Shown here one piece after another: positions 38,092-46,015 of a stretch of 64,000 nucleotides of DNA. The position numbers and the translations under genes were made by a program. Position 1 is the stretch's first letter. The number at the start of each line of letters is the position of its first letter. Where the stretch lies: NCBI GenBank assembly GCA_964586065.1, contig CAZPFW010000001.1:28086-92085 (forward strand), written 5' to 3'. Under the pieces are notes generated by a model. That model saw only the letters and a list, made by a program, of their open reading frames with translations, ran no database searches and had not been told where the DNA came from. Source of the DNA: an uncultured Candidatus Saccharibacteria bacterium. Its GTDB lineage: Bacteria; Patescibacteriota; Minisyncoccia; Minisyncoccales; CSSED10-335.

Positions 38092-38785
38092 TCATTGCGT
38101 GTTAATGATCGTGCCTGACATTCTAAGATAATCCGCTTTATTTATCTTCTTTTGAGCTAACAGATTATTAAGCCCCGTCAGATATTGATATTCTATCTGA
38201 GTCGCTATAAGAGCGTGGTCATAAATACGAACATCATCTATGAAGCCGTTGAAATATCTCGGAGAAGAAGTTCTATAAGCGAAACCGATTCTTAATATTT
38301 CGTCTGTAGAAATTATATCAGATGTGGATTTAACCGATGCTTCTTTTTTACCATTTATATAGACACTGTGCTCGGAGCCATTAAGAGTTACAACGACATG
38401 ATACCAATTTTGAGGAGATATTATTGACAAATCAGTGTCTACTCCAGAATTATTACTAATCCTTGATCTGATCCCTCCTGTACCGCCGCTTACAGCACTT
38501 CTTAGCCTCATTTCATAACCTTTATTTGTATCCATTGGATCATCTTTCCCAATGATTCCATAGTACCTCTCGTTATCGGCTATGGAAAACGGAAAGATCC
38601 ATGCAGACAAAGTTATCTGATTTCCCGCAATGTCGAAGCTGTCGCCTTTTCCACAATTCTCTGGCTCCTGTCAGATTGGAGAAGACTATGCTGGCTAAAA
38701 GGGCTAAGACTGCTACTACTACAAGTAGTTCTACAAGGGTGAAGGCTTTGGAAAGATTTTTATTACAATCCTTTCTAAGAATCAT
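38092..38785 (-). pseudogene. type IV pilin-like (prepilin N-terminal methylation domain) plus LamG/concanavalin-like domain protein, interrupted by a +1 frame break in an A4 run
   Basis: ORF 38573..38785 encodes MILRKDCNKNLSKAFTLVELLVVVAVLALLASIV, which is a class III signal (cleavage site, then F-T-L-V-E with Glu5) and a hydrophobic helix only. The overlapping ORF 38092..38610 (frame +1) is a Laminin_G_3-like jelly roll (WYHVVVTLNGSEHSVYINGKK...FNGFIDDVRIYDHALIATQIE). Its frame is open upstream to just past the coding-strand GGAAAAGG run at about 38643-38655. Confidence 0.55.
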
Positions 38786-38817
38786 TTCTGTTGACCAAAG
38801 CTTAGTTGATTTGGGTA

Positions 38818-39216
38818 TTATTCCGTAGTTACTCCGTCAAAATGATCACCTTCATCACTTAGAGCATCTTCTTTGGTTACATGAACAATTCCATCTTTAT
38901 GCTCTGGTGGAGAGTAGACAGTGTAAAGTTTAAGCGGTTCATCTTGAGAAGTGTTGATTATATTATGACTCGCTCCCGCCGGAACAACTATTGCAAAATC
39001 GTCTTCAACTTGATGTTCCACTCCATCAAGAACAGCTTTACCTTCTCCTTTTTCGATTCTTATAAACTGATCGAGATCATGCACCTCCTCTCCGATATCG
39101 TCACCGGGAAGAATACTCATTACAACCAATTGACTGTTTTTACCTGTATAGAGAACTTTCCTGAAATTATCATTCTCTTTTGTGGCATCTTCAATATTAA
39201 CAACGTATCCCTTCAT
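38818..39216 (-). CDS. cupin-domain protein
   Basis: Cupin_2 pattern GEEVHDLDQFIRIEKGEGKAVLDGVEH...VVPAGASHNIINT. Confidence 0.7.
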   Translation of the reverse strand: MKGYVVNIEDATKENDNFRKVLYTGKNSQLVVMSILPGDDIGEEVHDLDQFIRIEKGEGKAVLDGVEHQVEDDFAIVVPAGASHNIINTSQDEPLKLYTVYSPPEHKDGIVHVTKEDALSDEGDHFDGVTTE

Positions 39217-39275
39217 TTTTTTATTAATTACTTAATAATCTGCTTTAGCTTAGCAACTTGATAAGATAATTGCAA

Positions 39276-40112
39276 TCAGAAGAAAGGATTAAAATCAATT
39301 TTTTCTGTGTAGCTTTTCCAAATACCGGGACAAATTTCATAAAACTTACAATCGGAGCAAAGATCACTTTTCATTTTATCAAATTCAACTTCACGATAGC
39401 TTTTCGGAAGCAGCCACTCTGCAGCATAATGATAATCTGATTTCAGTAAACAAAAAGGAACAGCCTCAAAAAAAACTTTCACTTTTTCTGAATTATAATT
39501 TAATGCTTTTTCAAGAGACGGTATCATTTCTTTCAGATTTGGAATCATTTCCGGATTTTCATCCACCCTCCCTTTAGGATGTAGCAGGCTGAATTGAAGA
39601 GTAAAAATTCCCTTCTTTATCAAAAATCTTGCGATTCGATCAAGAATCTTGGCATTCGGCTTTGTAATGACCGTATTAGTTCTAACGTTAATTCCCAATG
39701 AGATCAGATTTTCTATGCCTAAGATTGATTGATCAAAACTTCCTTTTGAATTGGTTATCTTCTCATGAATATCAGCATTATCTCCGTGAATTGAGAGAAA
39801 GATGTCAATAATTGGAAAAGAAGATACTTTTTTTGTAAAGTTGATATCCGAGAATCTTCTTCCATTGGTCTGTATATGGATAGGTGAGAACCCGAACCCA
39901 GCGCAAGCTTCAATTATACTTAAAAAATCATTCATTAAAGTCGGCTCACCGCCGGTCAATATTATCTCCTTACATCCGTTTTTTGAGAGATCTTTTAACT
40001 GTTTTTTCATATCCGAAACGCTCATTTCTTTTATCTCTTCTTTAGCCCTTGCGCAGATCAAACAATCGTTATTGCATTCTTTGCTTGAGATGATATTTAC
40101 AAGTTCTTTCAT
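39276..40112 (-). CDS. radical SAM enzyme with a C-terminal Cys-rich SPASM/twitch-like domain. The start is moved to the internal Met (MKELVNII); the ORF track gives 40169.
   Basis: CNNDCLICAR CxxxCxxC cluster near the N-terminus, GGEPTL glycine-rich SAM motif, and C-terminal CSDCKFYEICPG. Confidence 0.7.
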   Translation of the reverse strand: MKELVNIISSKECNNDCLICARAKEEIKEMSVSDMKKQLKDLSKNGCKEIILTGGEPTLMNDFLSIIEACAGFGFSPIHIQTNGRRFSDINFTKKVSSFPIIDIFLSIHGDNADIHEKITNSKGSFDQSILGIENLISLGINVRTNTVITKPNAKILDRIARFLIKKGIFTLQFSLLHPKGRVDENPEMIPNLKEMIPSLEKALNYNSEKVKVFFEAVPFCLLKSDYHYAAEWLLPKSYREVEFDKMKSDLCSDCKFYEICPGIWKSYTEKIDFNPFF

Positions 40113-40278
40113 AAAAAAGTGAGATATCCAATTAAGCAAGCAAGGATCAAATACCAGAAAGCCCAGCATTTGGTCATAGGTAAATATTTGAACAATCTGT
40201 CATTCCACCAACTCAAAAAAAACCATGCGATAATGTTTGTTAAAATTGAGTCTATTAGGATGATTATGGACAGTATTT

Positions 40279-40968
40279 TCATAACAAACTCAAGAATTTA
40301 TTCCTTTCTTCTTGATCAAATCTTTCTATTGAATATCTTAGGGTTACTCTTGGCATATGGGAGGAGTTTTTTCTCAAAAACTCCTTCAATCTCTCTTTAT
40401 CTCTCTTTCCTGTCTCTCTTAACATCCAACCTACCGCTTTATGAATTAAATCATGAGGATCTTTTAAAAGGAGTTTAGAATAATCAAAAGTTGTGTCCAA
40501 GTGACCCTCTCTTATAAATCCGAGAGTAGAAACTATGGCAACTCTTCTTTTCCAAAGATTATCTGAGAAAATCAATTCTTTTAGCCTGCCTTTTTCTCGA
40601 TTTAGAAAATAATCGCCCGTTATCTTCGGAGCCGAAAGGTCCACTAAATCCCAGTTATTAACGCGATCAAGGTTGTTTAAGTAGAAATCCACTATCTTCT
40701 TTTCATCTTCTTGATATTTTTCAATCAAAAGAAGAAGAGCGCAAAATCTGAACTCGTGAACCTTATCCGATAAAAGATCTCTTATTTGTGAGAGATTAAG
40801 AAACTTGTAATTTGAAACAATCTTTCTTTGATCAGGGGTCGATATTCCGATGAAAACATCCCCTTCGGCATACTCTCCTTTACCGGTTTTGAAATACCTT
40901 TCTTTATCTTTAGCTTTTTTAAAATCAGCCGCATTTCTCAAATCTTTCTTAAGACTCTTAAGTTCCAT
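40279..40968 (-). CDS. DNA alkylation repair protein (AlkD/AlkC-like HEAT-repeat DNA glycosylase family)
   Basis: DNA_alkylation-family pattern (FKTGKGEYAEGDVFIGISTPDQRKIV...WDLVD...HKAVGWMLRETGKRD). Confidence 0.65.
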   Translation of the reverse strand: MELKSLKKDLRNAADFKKAKDKERYFKTGKGEYAEGDVFIGISTPDQRKIVSNYKFLNLSQIRDLLSDKVHEFRFCALLLLIEKYQEDEKKIVDFYLNNLDRVNNWDLVDLSAPKITGDYFLNREKGRLKELIFSDNLWKRRVAIVSTLGFIREGHLDTTFDYSKLLLKDPHDLIHKAVGWMLRETGKRDKERLKEFLRKNSSHMPRVTLRYSIERFDQEERNKFLSLL

Positions 40969-40977
40969 GACAAATAT

Positions 40978-41244
40978 TTACTCTTCAACCCAATCTCCTT
41001 TGTAGCCTTCTTCTTTTAACATCCTTGCTTTTCTGTCGGCGCCGCTTCTGAAACCTCCGATTGATCCGTCGGATCTGATAACTCTATGACAAGGAACAAG
41101 CTTATTTCTATTGGCATTCATGATTCTCCCAACAGCTCTGGCTGCTCTTTTATTACCGGCCATCTCCGCAACTTGCCCGTAAGAAAGAACACTTCCTTTC
41201 GGTATTTGAGACACAATTTCTAAAACCCTGTCTCTAAATGTCAT
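40978..41244 (-). CDS. ogt: methylated-DNA--protein-cysteine methyltransferase, DNA-binding/active-site domain (short form)
   Basis: Active-site PCHRVI plus the upstream YGQVAEMAGNKRAARAVG helix; 88 aa. Confidence 0.8.
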   Translation of the reverse strand: MTFRDRVLEIVSQIPKGSVLSYGQVAEMAGNKRAARAVGRIMNANRNKLVPCHRVIRSDGSIGGFRSGADRKARMLKEEGYKGDWVEE

Positions 41245-41585
41245 TTCTTTAAGAGTTTAATTCCCAACCCCGATATTTTAGATCCGCCGAATATTACAAT
41301 GAAAGATAAAATTGACCAAGAGATTAGGTTTAATATGTCAAATATCGCATCAAACGGTATGGTTGATTGAATTTGTTCAGCCATTATTTGATTCAAATCA
41401 ATTTCCGGATCATTAAGATCGACTGAAACTTTCGGTTTTTCAACTGAAACAATTTCTTCTTTTTCAAAGATATTAGGAGCAACTCTCTCTCCAGTAAACA
41501 CTCCATAAGAAGCGTAAAGAATCCAAATGATTAAAATTACTCCCAAAGATAGCAAAACCCAACCTGCCAAACAACGATTATCCAT
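41241..41585 (-). CDS. small membrane protein (2 TM), co-operonic with ogt
   Basis: Two hydrophobic helices and a 4-nt overlap with ogt. Confidence 0.35.
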   Translation of the reverse strand: MDNRCLAGWVLLSLGVILIIWILYASYGVFTGERVAPNIFEKEEIVSVEKPKVSVDLNDPEIDLNQIMAEQIQSTIPFDAIFDILNLISWSILSFIVIFGGSKISGLGIKLLKK

Positions 41586-41644
41586 TTTTCGATTTTTAAT
41601 TAATTATCTCTGATTAATGATATCACTTACTCCTTATTTTTCAA

Positions 41645-41672
41645 TAAAAGAAAAGAGTAAAAATATTTTTAC
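41645..41672. terminator. perfect palindromic hairpin (terminator-like) downstream of the small paralog gene
   Basis: AAAAGAGTAAAAATATTTTTACTCTTTT is a perfect inverted repeat. Confidence 0.45.
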
Positions 41673-41696
41673 TCTTTTAAACTAGGGAGGAGGTTT

Positions 41697-41921
41697 TTAA
41701 AAATCAATTTCGTATCCGAGGTCAAGAACCTCCAATAATGCTTGTCGATAAAGAGGTTTCAGAAATTCGGGATCAACTCCCAATTCAAAAGATACATCAG
41801 CCAGCCCGCTTTTCAGTTCTGCGGTAATCTTTTTTTCTAATTTCCTCTTAACATTATACATCATTAAATCTACCAACGTTTTTAAAACTGCTTCTTTGTC
41901 TTTCTCTTTCCAAACAAACAT
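41697..41921 (-). CDS. small HTH-like protein, paralog A (74 aa), with a strong promoter and SD
   Basis: Homologous to ORF 42196..42420 (shared blocks KDKE.VL, TAELKSGLADVSFELGV versus TETVKRSIGNVAGQIGIP, and KP-tail). GGAGGT lies 7 nt upstream of the ATG, and a TTGACA-N16-TACAAT promoter is present on the minus strand. Confidence 0.55.
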   Translation of the reverse strand: MFVWKEKDKEAVLKTLVDLMMYNVKRKLEKKITAELKSGLADVSFELGVDPEFLKPLYRQALLEVLDLGYEIDF

Positions 41922-41962
41922 TTTCTATACCTCCGCTCTTTTTAATGAACAACTCTTATGTT

Positions 41963-41993
41963 TTGATTGTACAATATAAATAAGATTTGTCAA
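41963..41993 (-). promoter_or_regulatory. sigma-70-type promoter (TTGACA-N16-TACAAT) for paralog A
   Basis: On the minus strand TTGACA lies at 41993-41988 and TACAAT at 41971-41966. The same block, including the TTGTACAA palindrome, recurs upstream of paralog B. Confidence 0.55.
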
Positions 41994-42195
41994 TAGCAAT
42001 GAATGTTTCAGGCAAAAAAAGAGAGAGTGGTAAAATATCTTCCACCAAGATGATAAATATTTATCAAATAATGGAAAACAGATTCCGACTCTCTTTGGTA
42101 TGAGGAGAAGAATAGGTTCTTATTCTGATCTAATAGCCTAAGCCGAAAAAATCAATTACCCCATTCAAAATCCCCGATCCCTTAGTGAAGAACAA

Positions 42196-42420
42196 TTACT
42201 TTTTGAATTCTATAGATTCAATCTCTTTTTCCAAATCTCTTAACATTGAACAGATAATCGGCTTTATAACTTCAAAAAGTTTCTCTTTTGGTATACCGAT
42301 CTGTCCGGCAACGTTCCCGATGCTTCTTTTCACAGTTTCAGTATTGAACTGTGAGATCCTCATCTCCTTCATTTGATGTTTAATCAAAAGCACCAAAACT
42401 TCTTTATCCATCTTCTTCAC
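42196..42420 (-). CDS. small HTH-like protein, paralog B. The likely start is the ATG at codon 4 (MDKEV), which gives 71 aa with a strong SD.
   Basis: GGAGGT lies 7 nt upstream of the internal ATG. An HTH-like stretch (SIGNVAGQIGIPKEKLFEV) is present, and the protein is paralogous to 41697..41921. Confidence 0.55.
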   Translation of the reverse strand: MKKMDKEVLVLLIKHQMKEMRISQFNTETVKRSIGNVAGQIGIPKEKLFEVIKPIICSMLRDLEKEIESIEFKK

Positions 42421-42464
42421 CTCCTTTTAAAAGAACCTTCATTGAAGATTACTCTTCTTACTTG

Positions 42465-42492
42465 ATTGTACAACATAAGTGGTGTTTGTCAA
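42465..42492 (-). promoter_or_regulatory. sigma-70-type promoter (TTGACA-N16-TACAAT) for paralog B
   Basis: TTGACA lies at 42492-42487 and TACAAT at 42470-42465 on the minus strand. The spacing to the start codon matches paralog A. Confidence 0.55.
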
Positions 42493-42523
42493 GATTGAGA
42501 CAAAAAAAGACTGATTAACTTGA

Positions 42524-43258
42524 TTAACCAGTCATTATAGAGATCTTTGCAATCTCAAGATCTTCGGGCTTATCAATATCAAACCCGATTTCAGGAAAAG
42601 AAGATGGGATTGGCTTCGCAAAGACTCCATGCCGTTCAAGAAGATTCATTGCTTGAATCAGGTCAAACGATCCGAGTAAAAGCTTAATCACAGAAGATAC
42701 TCCAAAAATTGATGCGATCTTTAAGGGTTTCTTTCTGTTATCCAAAATCTTACGCCCCAAGCCAGATAAGGCTTTGATTCTGATCGGATTGATCAAAAAA
42801 ATATTTCCAAGAGTAAAAGTTCCTTCCTTTAGCTTAACATAAGTCCTCTTCCCTCCGGGAAAAGATCTTTCCATATCCTCTTTTCTGATTATTGGACAAT
42901 AAAAATCAAAAAGGCAAGGGGTAGAATAATTAAGGAAAGAGTAGATCGACTCTTTGGTTATTAAAGGAATATCCGAAGATGAAATGAGTAATGCTTTTTC
43001 AGTTCCTAAAAAGTTAACTCCTTCAATGATATTACTAATCAAGTCGTTTTTCTCTTGAATAACGTCTACTCCGCTCTTTCTCAAAAAACTCAATTGATCC
43101 GACGGTCCTATTACAGCAATCTTATCTATCAGGTCGATTGAAAGCATTACTTCAGAAACTCTCAAAACCATCTCTTTGCCATCAATTTTAATAAGCGCTT
43201 TATTCTCTTCTCCCGGAAACAGATTTCTTCCTCCTGCAAGAATCAAACAATTGATCAT
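42524..43258 (-). CDS. MobA-like NTP-transferase domain protein (nucleotidyltransferase, GT-A fold)
   Basis: N-terminal LILAGGRNLFPGEENKALIKIDGKEMV nucleotide-binding motif. A strong SD (AAGGAGGT) and a TTGACA promoter lie upstream. Confidence 0.55.
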   Translation of the reverse strand: MINCLILAGGRNLFPGEENKALIKIDGKEMVLRVSEVMLSIDLIDKIAVIGPSDQLSFLRKSGVDVIQEKNDLISNIIEGVNFLGTEKALLISSSDIPLITKESIYSFLNYSTPCLFDFYCPIIRKEDMERSFPGGKRTYVKLKEGTFTLGNIFLINPIRIKALSGLGRKILDNRKKPLKIASIFGVSSVIKLLLGSFDLIQAMNLLERHGVFAKPIPSSFPEIGFDIDKPEDLEIAKISIMTG

Positions 43259-43386
43259 TTAGACAACCTCCTTTTTAAAAGTTCTAATTTCTTATACAAT
43301 TAAATAATGAAAATGTCAAAATTGTACAAATTCATTTTTTTTGTTAATTTAACTTAATCAACTTTTTAGAAAATAATAAAAAAACG

Positions 43387-44289
43387 ATGAAAAAAGAATC
43401 ACTTTTTATTCTTCCATTCGATCATAGAGGCTCATTTTTAAAAAACCTCTTTAACCTTGCAGATCGAAAACCGAGTCAAAAAGAGATTGATGAAATAAAA
43501 GAATTGAAATGGTTGATATACTCAGGTTTTAAGTACGCGATCAATCAAAGATTAGTTCCTCAATCTTCAACCGCAATATTGATAGATGATGAATTTGGAG
43601 AAAAGATAATAGAAGATGCGAAGTCTTCTGGTTACAAAGTCTCCATATCAACCGAGGTAAGCGGGCAAGATGAGTTCCAATTCGAACATGGTGAAGACTT
43701 TGGTGCTTATTTAAAAAAATATTCGCCTGATTCAGCCAAAGCCCTTATCAGATACAATCCAGAAGAAGACGAAGATTTGAACAAAAGACAGTTGACTCGT
43801 TTAAAAAAATTGAATGATTATTGCAAAAAAGAAGGGATTGGTTTTCTCTTGGAACCGCTTGTCATTGCCACTCAAAAACAGATGGAAGAGGTTGATCAAA
43901 GTAAAGAAAGATACGATAGGGAGATGAGACCCAAGTTAATGGTGGATATGATAAGAGAGATAAGAGAATTCGGGATTGAGCCTGATATTTGGAAATTGGA
44001 AGGCTTGGATAAAGAAGATGATTACGAAAATTTAGCCAAAGAGATTCACCCCGACTCAAGAATAATCATACTCGGGCGCGGAGCCGACGCTTCTCAAGTT
44101 GAGAGATGGATTGCCGTCGGAGCCGGTGTCGAAAAAGTGATCGGTTTTGCTATAGGTCGAACTGTCTTTTGGCAGCCGCTATTAGATTACAAAAATGGAA
44201 AAATAGACAAAGAGATAGTTATTGAAAGAATCGCGAATAATTTCTCAAGGTTTTATAAAATCTTTATTGAGTCCAAAGAATCTATTTGA
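43387..44289 (+). CDS. DUF2090-like / class I aldolase-like TIM-barrel protein (uncertain)
   Basis: 300 aa. FILPFDHRGSF, FLLEPLV and ILGRGADASQVERW blocks resemble DUF2090/LacD-like aldolases. The gene is divergent from the NTP-transferase gene. Confidence 0.3.
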   Translation: MKKESLFILPFDHRGSFLKNLFNLADRKPSQKEIDEIKELKWLIYSGFKYAINQRLVPQSSTAILIDDEFGEKIIEDAKSSGYKVSISTEVSGQDEFQFEHGEDFGAYLKKYSPDSAKALIRYNPEEDEDLNKRQLTRLKKLNDYCKKEGIGFLLEPLVIATQKQMEEVDQSKERYDREMRPKLMVDMIREIREFGIEPDIWKLEGLDKEDDYENLAKEIHPDSRIIILGRGADASQVERWIAVGAGVEKVIGFAIGRTVFWQPLLDYKNGKIDKEIVIERIANNFSRFYKIFIESKESI

Positions 44290-45415
44290 AAAGATAATAA
44301 AACGCAAGGTAGTACAAAACCAAAGCTCCAATAAGTATAACTCGTCTCGCAATCTTAGGACCGGCAAACCAGATCTTTTTTGTAAACACGGCTCCGGAAA
44401 AGATAACGAGTTCAATGAAGACATAAAAAAATAGATAACCCAATATGTAGAGAGTATAAGCGGTAAGAGATAGCCCTCTCTCCACTAATATCCCCGTAAA
44501 AGCTATAGGAAGCCCAACTGAACATGGAAGATCAACCAATGTGACGATTATGGCAAAAAAGATAACGCTTCCAATCATCAAAGAAAGTGTCTTTTTTTCC
44601 GATGTCTCAAAAGCTTCTCTCAGTTTATTTGTTGCATTGATTGTCAACTTGGAATCTGATGCTTGGCAAGTTAAAGCCTTCTTTTTAGATCTCAAAAATT
44701 CCGTTGTAAAATAGATAGCCCCTCCGAGAGTGGCCAAACCAATAATCAATCTTAGTTTTTCTAAATGCCCGATAAACATCTCGAAAACCTTTCCCCAAGC
44801 AAAAACCATTGCTCCGTATATCAGAGCTCCTGTCACAATGAAAAGACTTCCAAAAAAGAATGTTTTTCTCTTTGAGTCAAGAGTTAAAACTATTGAAAGA
44901 ACTAAAATTAAAGCCCCGATTGAGCAGATGTTTATTCCATCAAGAGATCCCAAAACAAGAGTAATGAAAGGAAGCGACCAGCCTTTAACATTAATCTCTT
45001 TTTTGATCAAAGGAATGGTGACTATCAATCCTTCTTCTATCACTTTCTCACCGCTCAAAGCCCTTACTATCATATCTTTTTGATGATGACCGAATTCAGA
45101 AAATTGGAAAAAGTTATCGTTAATGAAAAGAGTTGGAGCCATTACATCATAATCGCTTAACCCGTAACTTTGAGCAAAATCATTCAGTTTCTCTTTGTCA
45201 CTTATGGAATAAACCCTGACCTCCAATCCTTCAAATTCATCTTTTTTCAACTCCTCGAGAAAAGCCTTAGTTGAAGAGCAGACAGGGCACAACCTGTCAT
45301 CAAAAAGATTAACTATTATCATCTCTTTTGATGATATTGAGGATGAGAACAGAAAAATTCCTACCCATAAAGTAAGAATAAAGAGTGACGCTTTTTTAAA
45401 GTCTAAAGTTCGCAT
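44282..45415 (-). CDS. thioredoxin-like (CPVC) domain fused to a CcdA/DsbD-like polytopic thiol-disulfide transporter
   Basis: N-terminal anchor with LCPVCSS, then about 6 TM helices with conserved TM cysteines (INICSIGAL and DLPCSVGLP). Confidence 0.5.
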   Translation of the reverse strand: MRTLDFKKASLFILTLWVGIFLFSSSISSKEMIIVNLFDDRLCPVCSSTKAFLEELKKDEFEGLEVRVYSISDKEKLNDFAQSYGLSDYDVMAPTLFINDNFFQFSEFGHHQKDMIVRALSGEKVIEEGLIVTIPLIKKEINVKGWSLPFITLVLGSLDGINICSIGALILVLSIVLTLDSKRKTFFFGSLFIVTGALIYGAMVFAWGKVFEMFIGHLEKLRLIIGLATLGGAIYFTTEFLRSKKKALTCQASDSKLTINATNKLREAFETSEKKTLSLMIGSVIFFAIIVTLVDLPCSVGLPIAFTGILVERGLSLTAYTLYILGYLFFYVFIELVIFSGAVFTKKIWFAGPKIARRVILIGALVLYYLAFYYLFK

Positions 45416-45750
45416 TTAACCAAATTTGCCAAGTCTTCAGGGGTCCTTGACCCGTCATAAAGCTCTCCGTTTATCTGAATCTCGGGCACATAACCAGTCT
45501 TTATCTCTCTCATACATCTCTCTTCTTCTTCCGAGCATTCAATATAGATAGAGCTTAAGGCTTCTCGTCCGCCAAACTGATTAACAAGTTCCGCGCAAGC
45601 CGGGCAAGTCTTACTGCCATAGATAACCACTCCGCTTTCTTTCAAACATTTAATCAAAGATGCATGACCGCGATTATTGCCTGTAAAATTCAAAACGATT
45701 AAAACTAATAATCCGATTATTGCAATTGTTATTAAATATTTCTTCATCAT
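45403..45750 (-). CDS. membrane-anchored thioredoxin/glutaredoxin-fold protein (CPAC)
   Basis: N-terminal TM helix, then VVIYGSKTCPACAEL. Confidence 0.6.
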   Translation of the reverse strand: MMKKYLITIAIIGLLVLIVLNFTGNNRGHASLIKCLKESGVVIYGSKTCPACAELVNQFGGREALSSIYIECSEEEERCMREIKTGYVPEIQINGELYDGSRTPEDLANLVKCEL

Positions 45751-45786
45751 TTTTAGATAATAACGCTATCTTTCATTTGAGTCAAT

Positions 45787-45813
45787 TAAAAACCCCTTCA
45801 TCTTGAAGGGGTT
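45787..45813 (-). terminator. rho-independent terminator after rsuA and the small SD-ORF
   Basis: CCCCTTCA-tct-TGAAGGGG is a perfect 8-bp stem, followed on the minus strand by TTTTTAATT. Confidence 0.6.
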
Positions 45814-45965
45814 TGTCTGTTATGCAGATCGTTTCGAGTTTTTTCAAAGGACGATATCGGCTTTACCTTTATTCTATCGGGATTATTCTTTTCCGGAATT
45901 TTCTGTCTTCTTTTTGGATTGAAGTAATAAGGAACTCCGTAAAGATACCATGGATAAATCTTCAT
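45798..45965 (-). CDS. small hypothetical protein (55 aa; below the ORF cutoff) with a strong SD
   Basis: Manual translation gives MKIYPWYLYGVPYYFNPKRRQKIPEKNNPDRIKVKPISSFEKTRNDLHNRQTPSR. GGGAGGTGA lies 6 nt upstream of the ATG, and the stop sits inside the terminator stem. Confidence 0.3.
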   Translation of the reverse strand: MKIYPWYLYGVPYYFNPKRRQKIPEKNNPDRIKVKPISSFEKTRNDLHNRQTPSR

Positions 45966-46015
45966 CTAAGATCACCTCCCTTCTGAAAAGATTCTATCAA
46001 TATTTATCAAATGAG

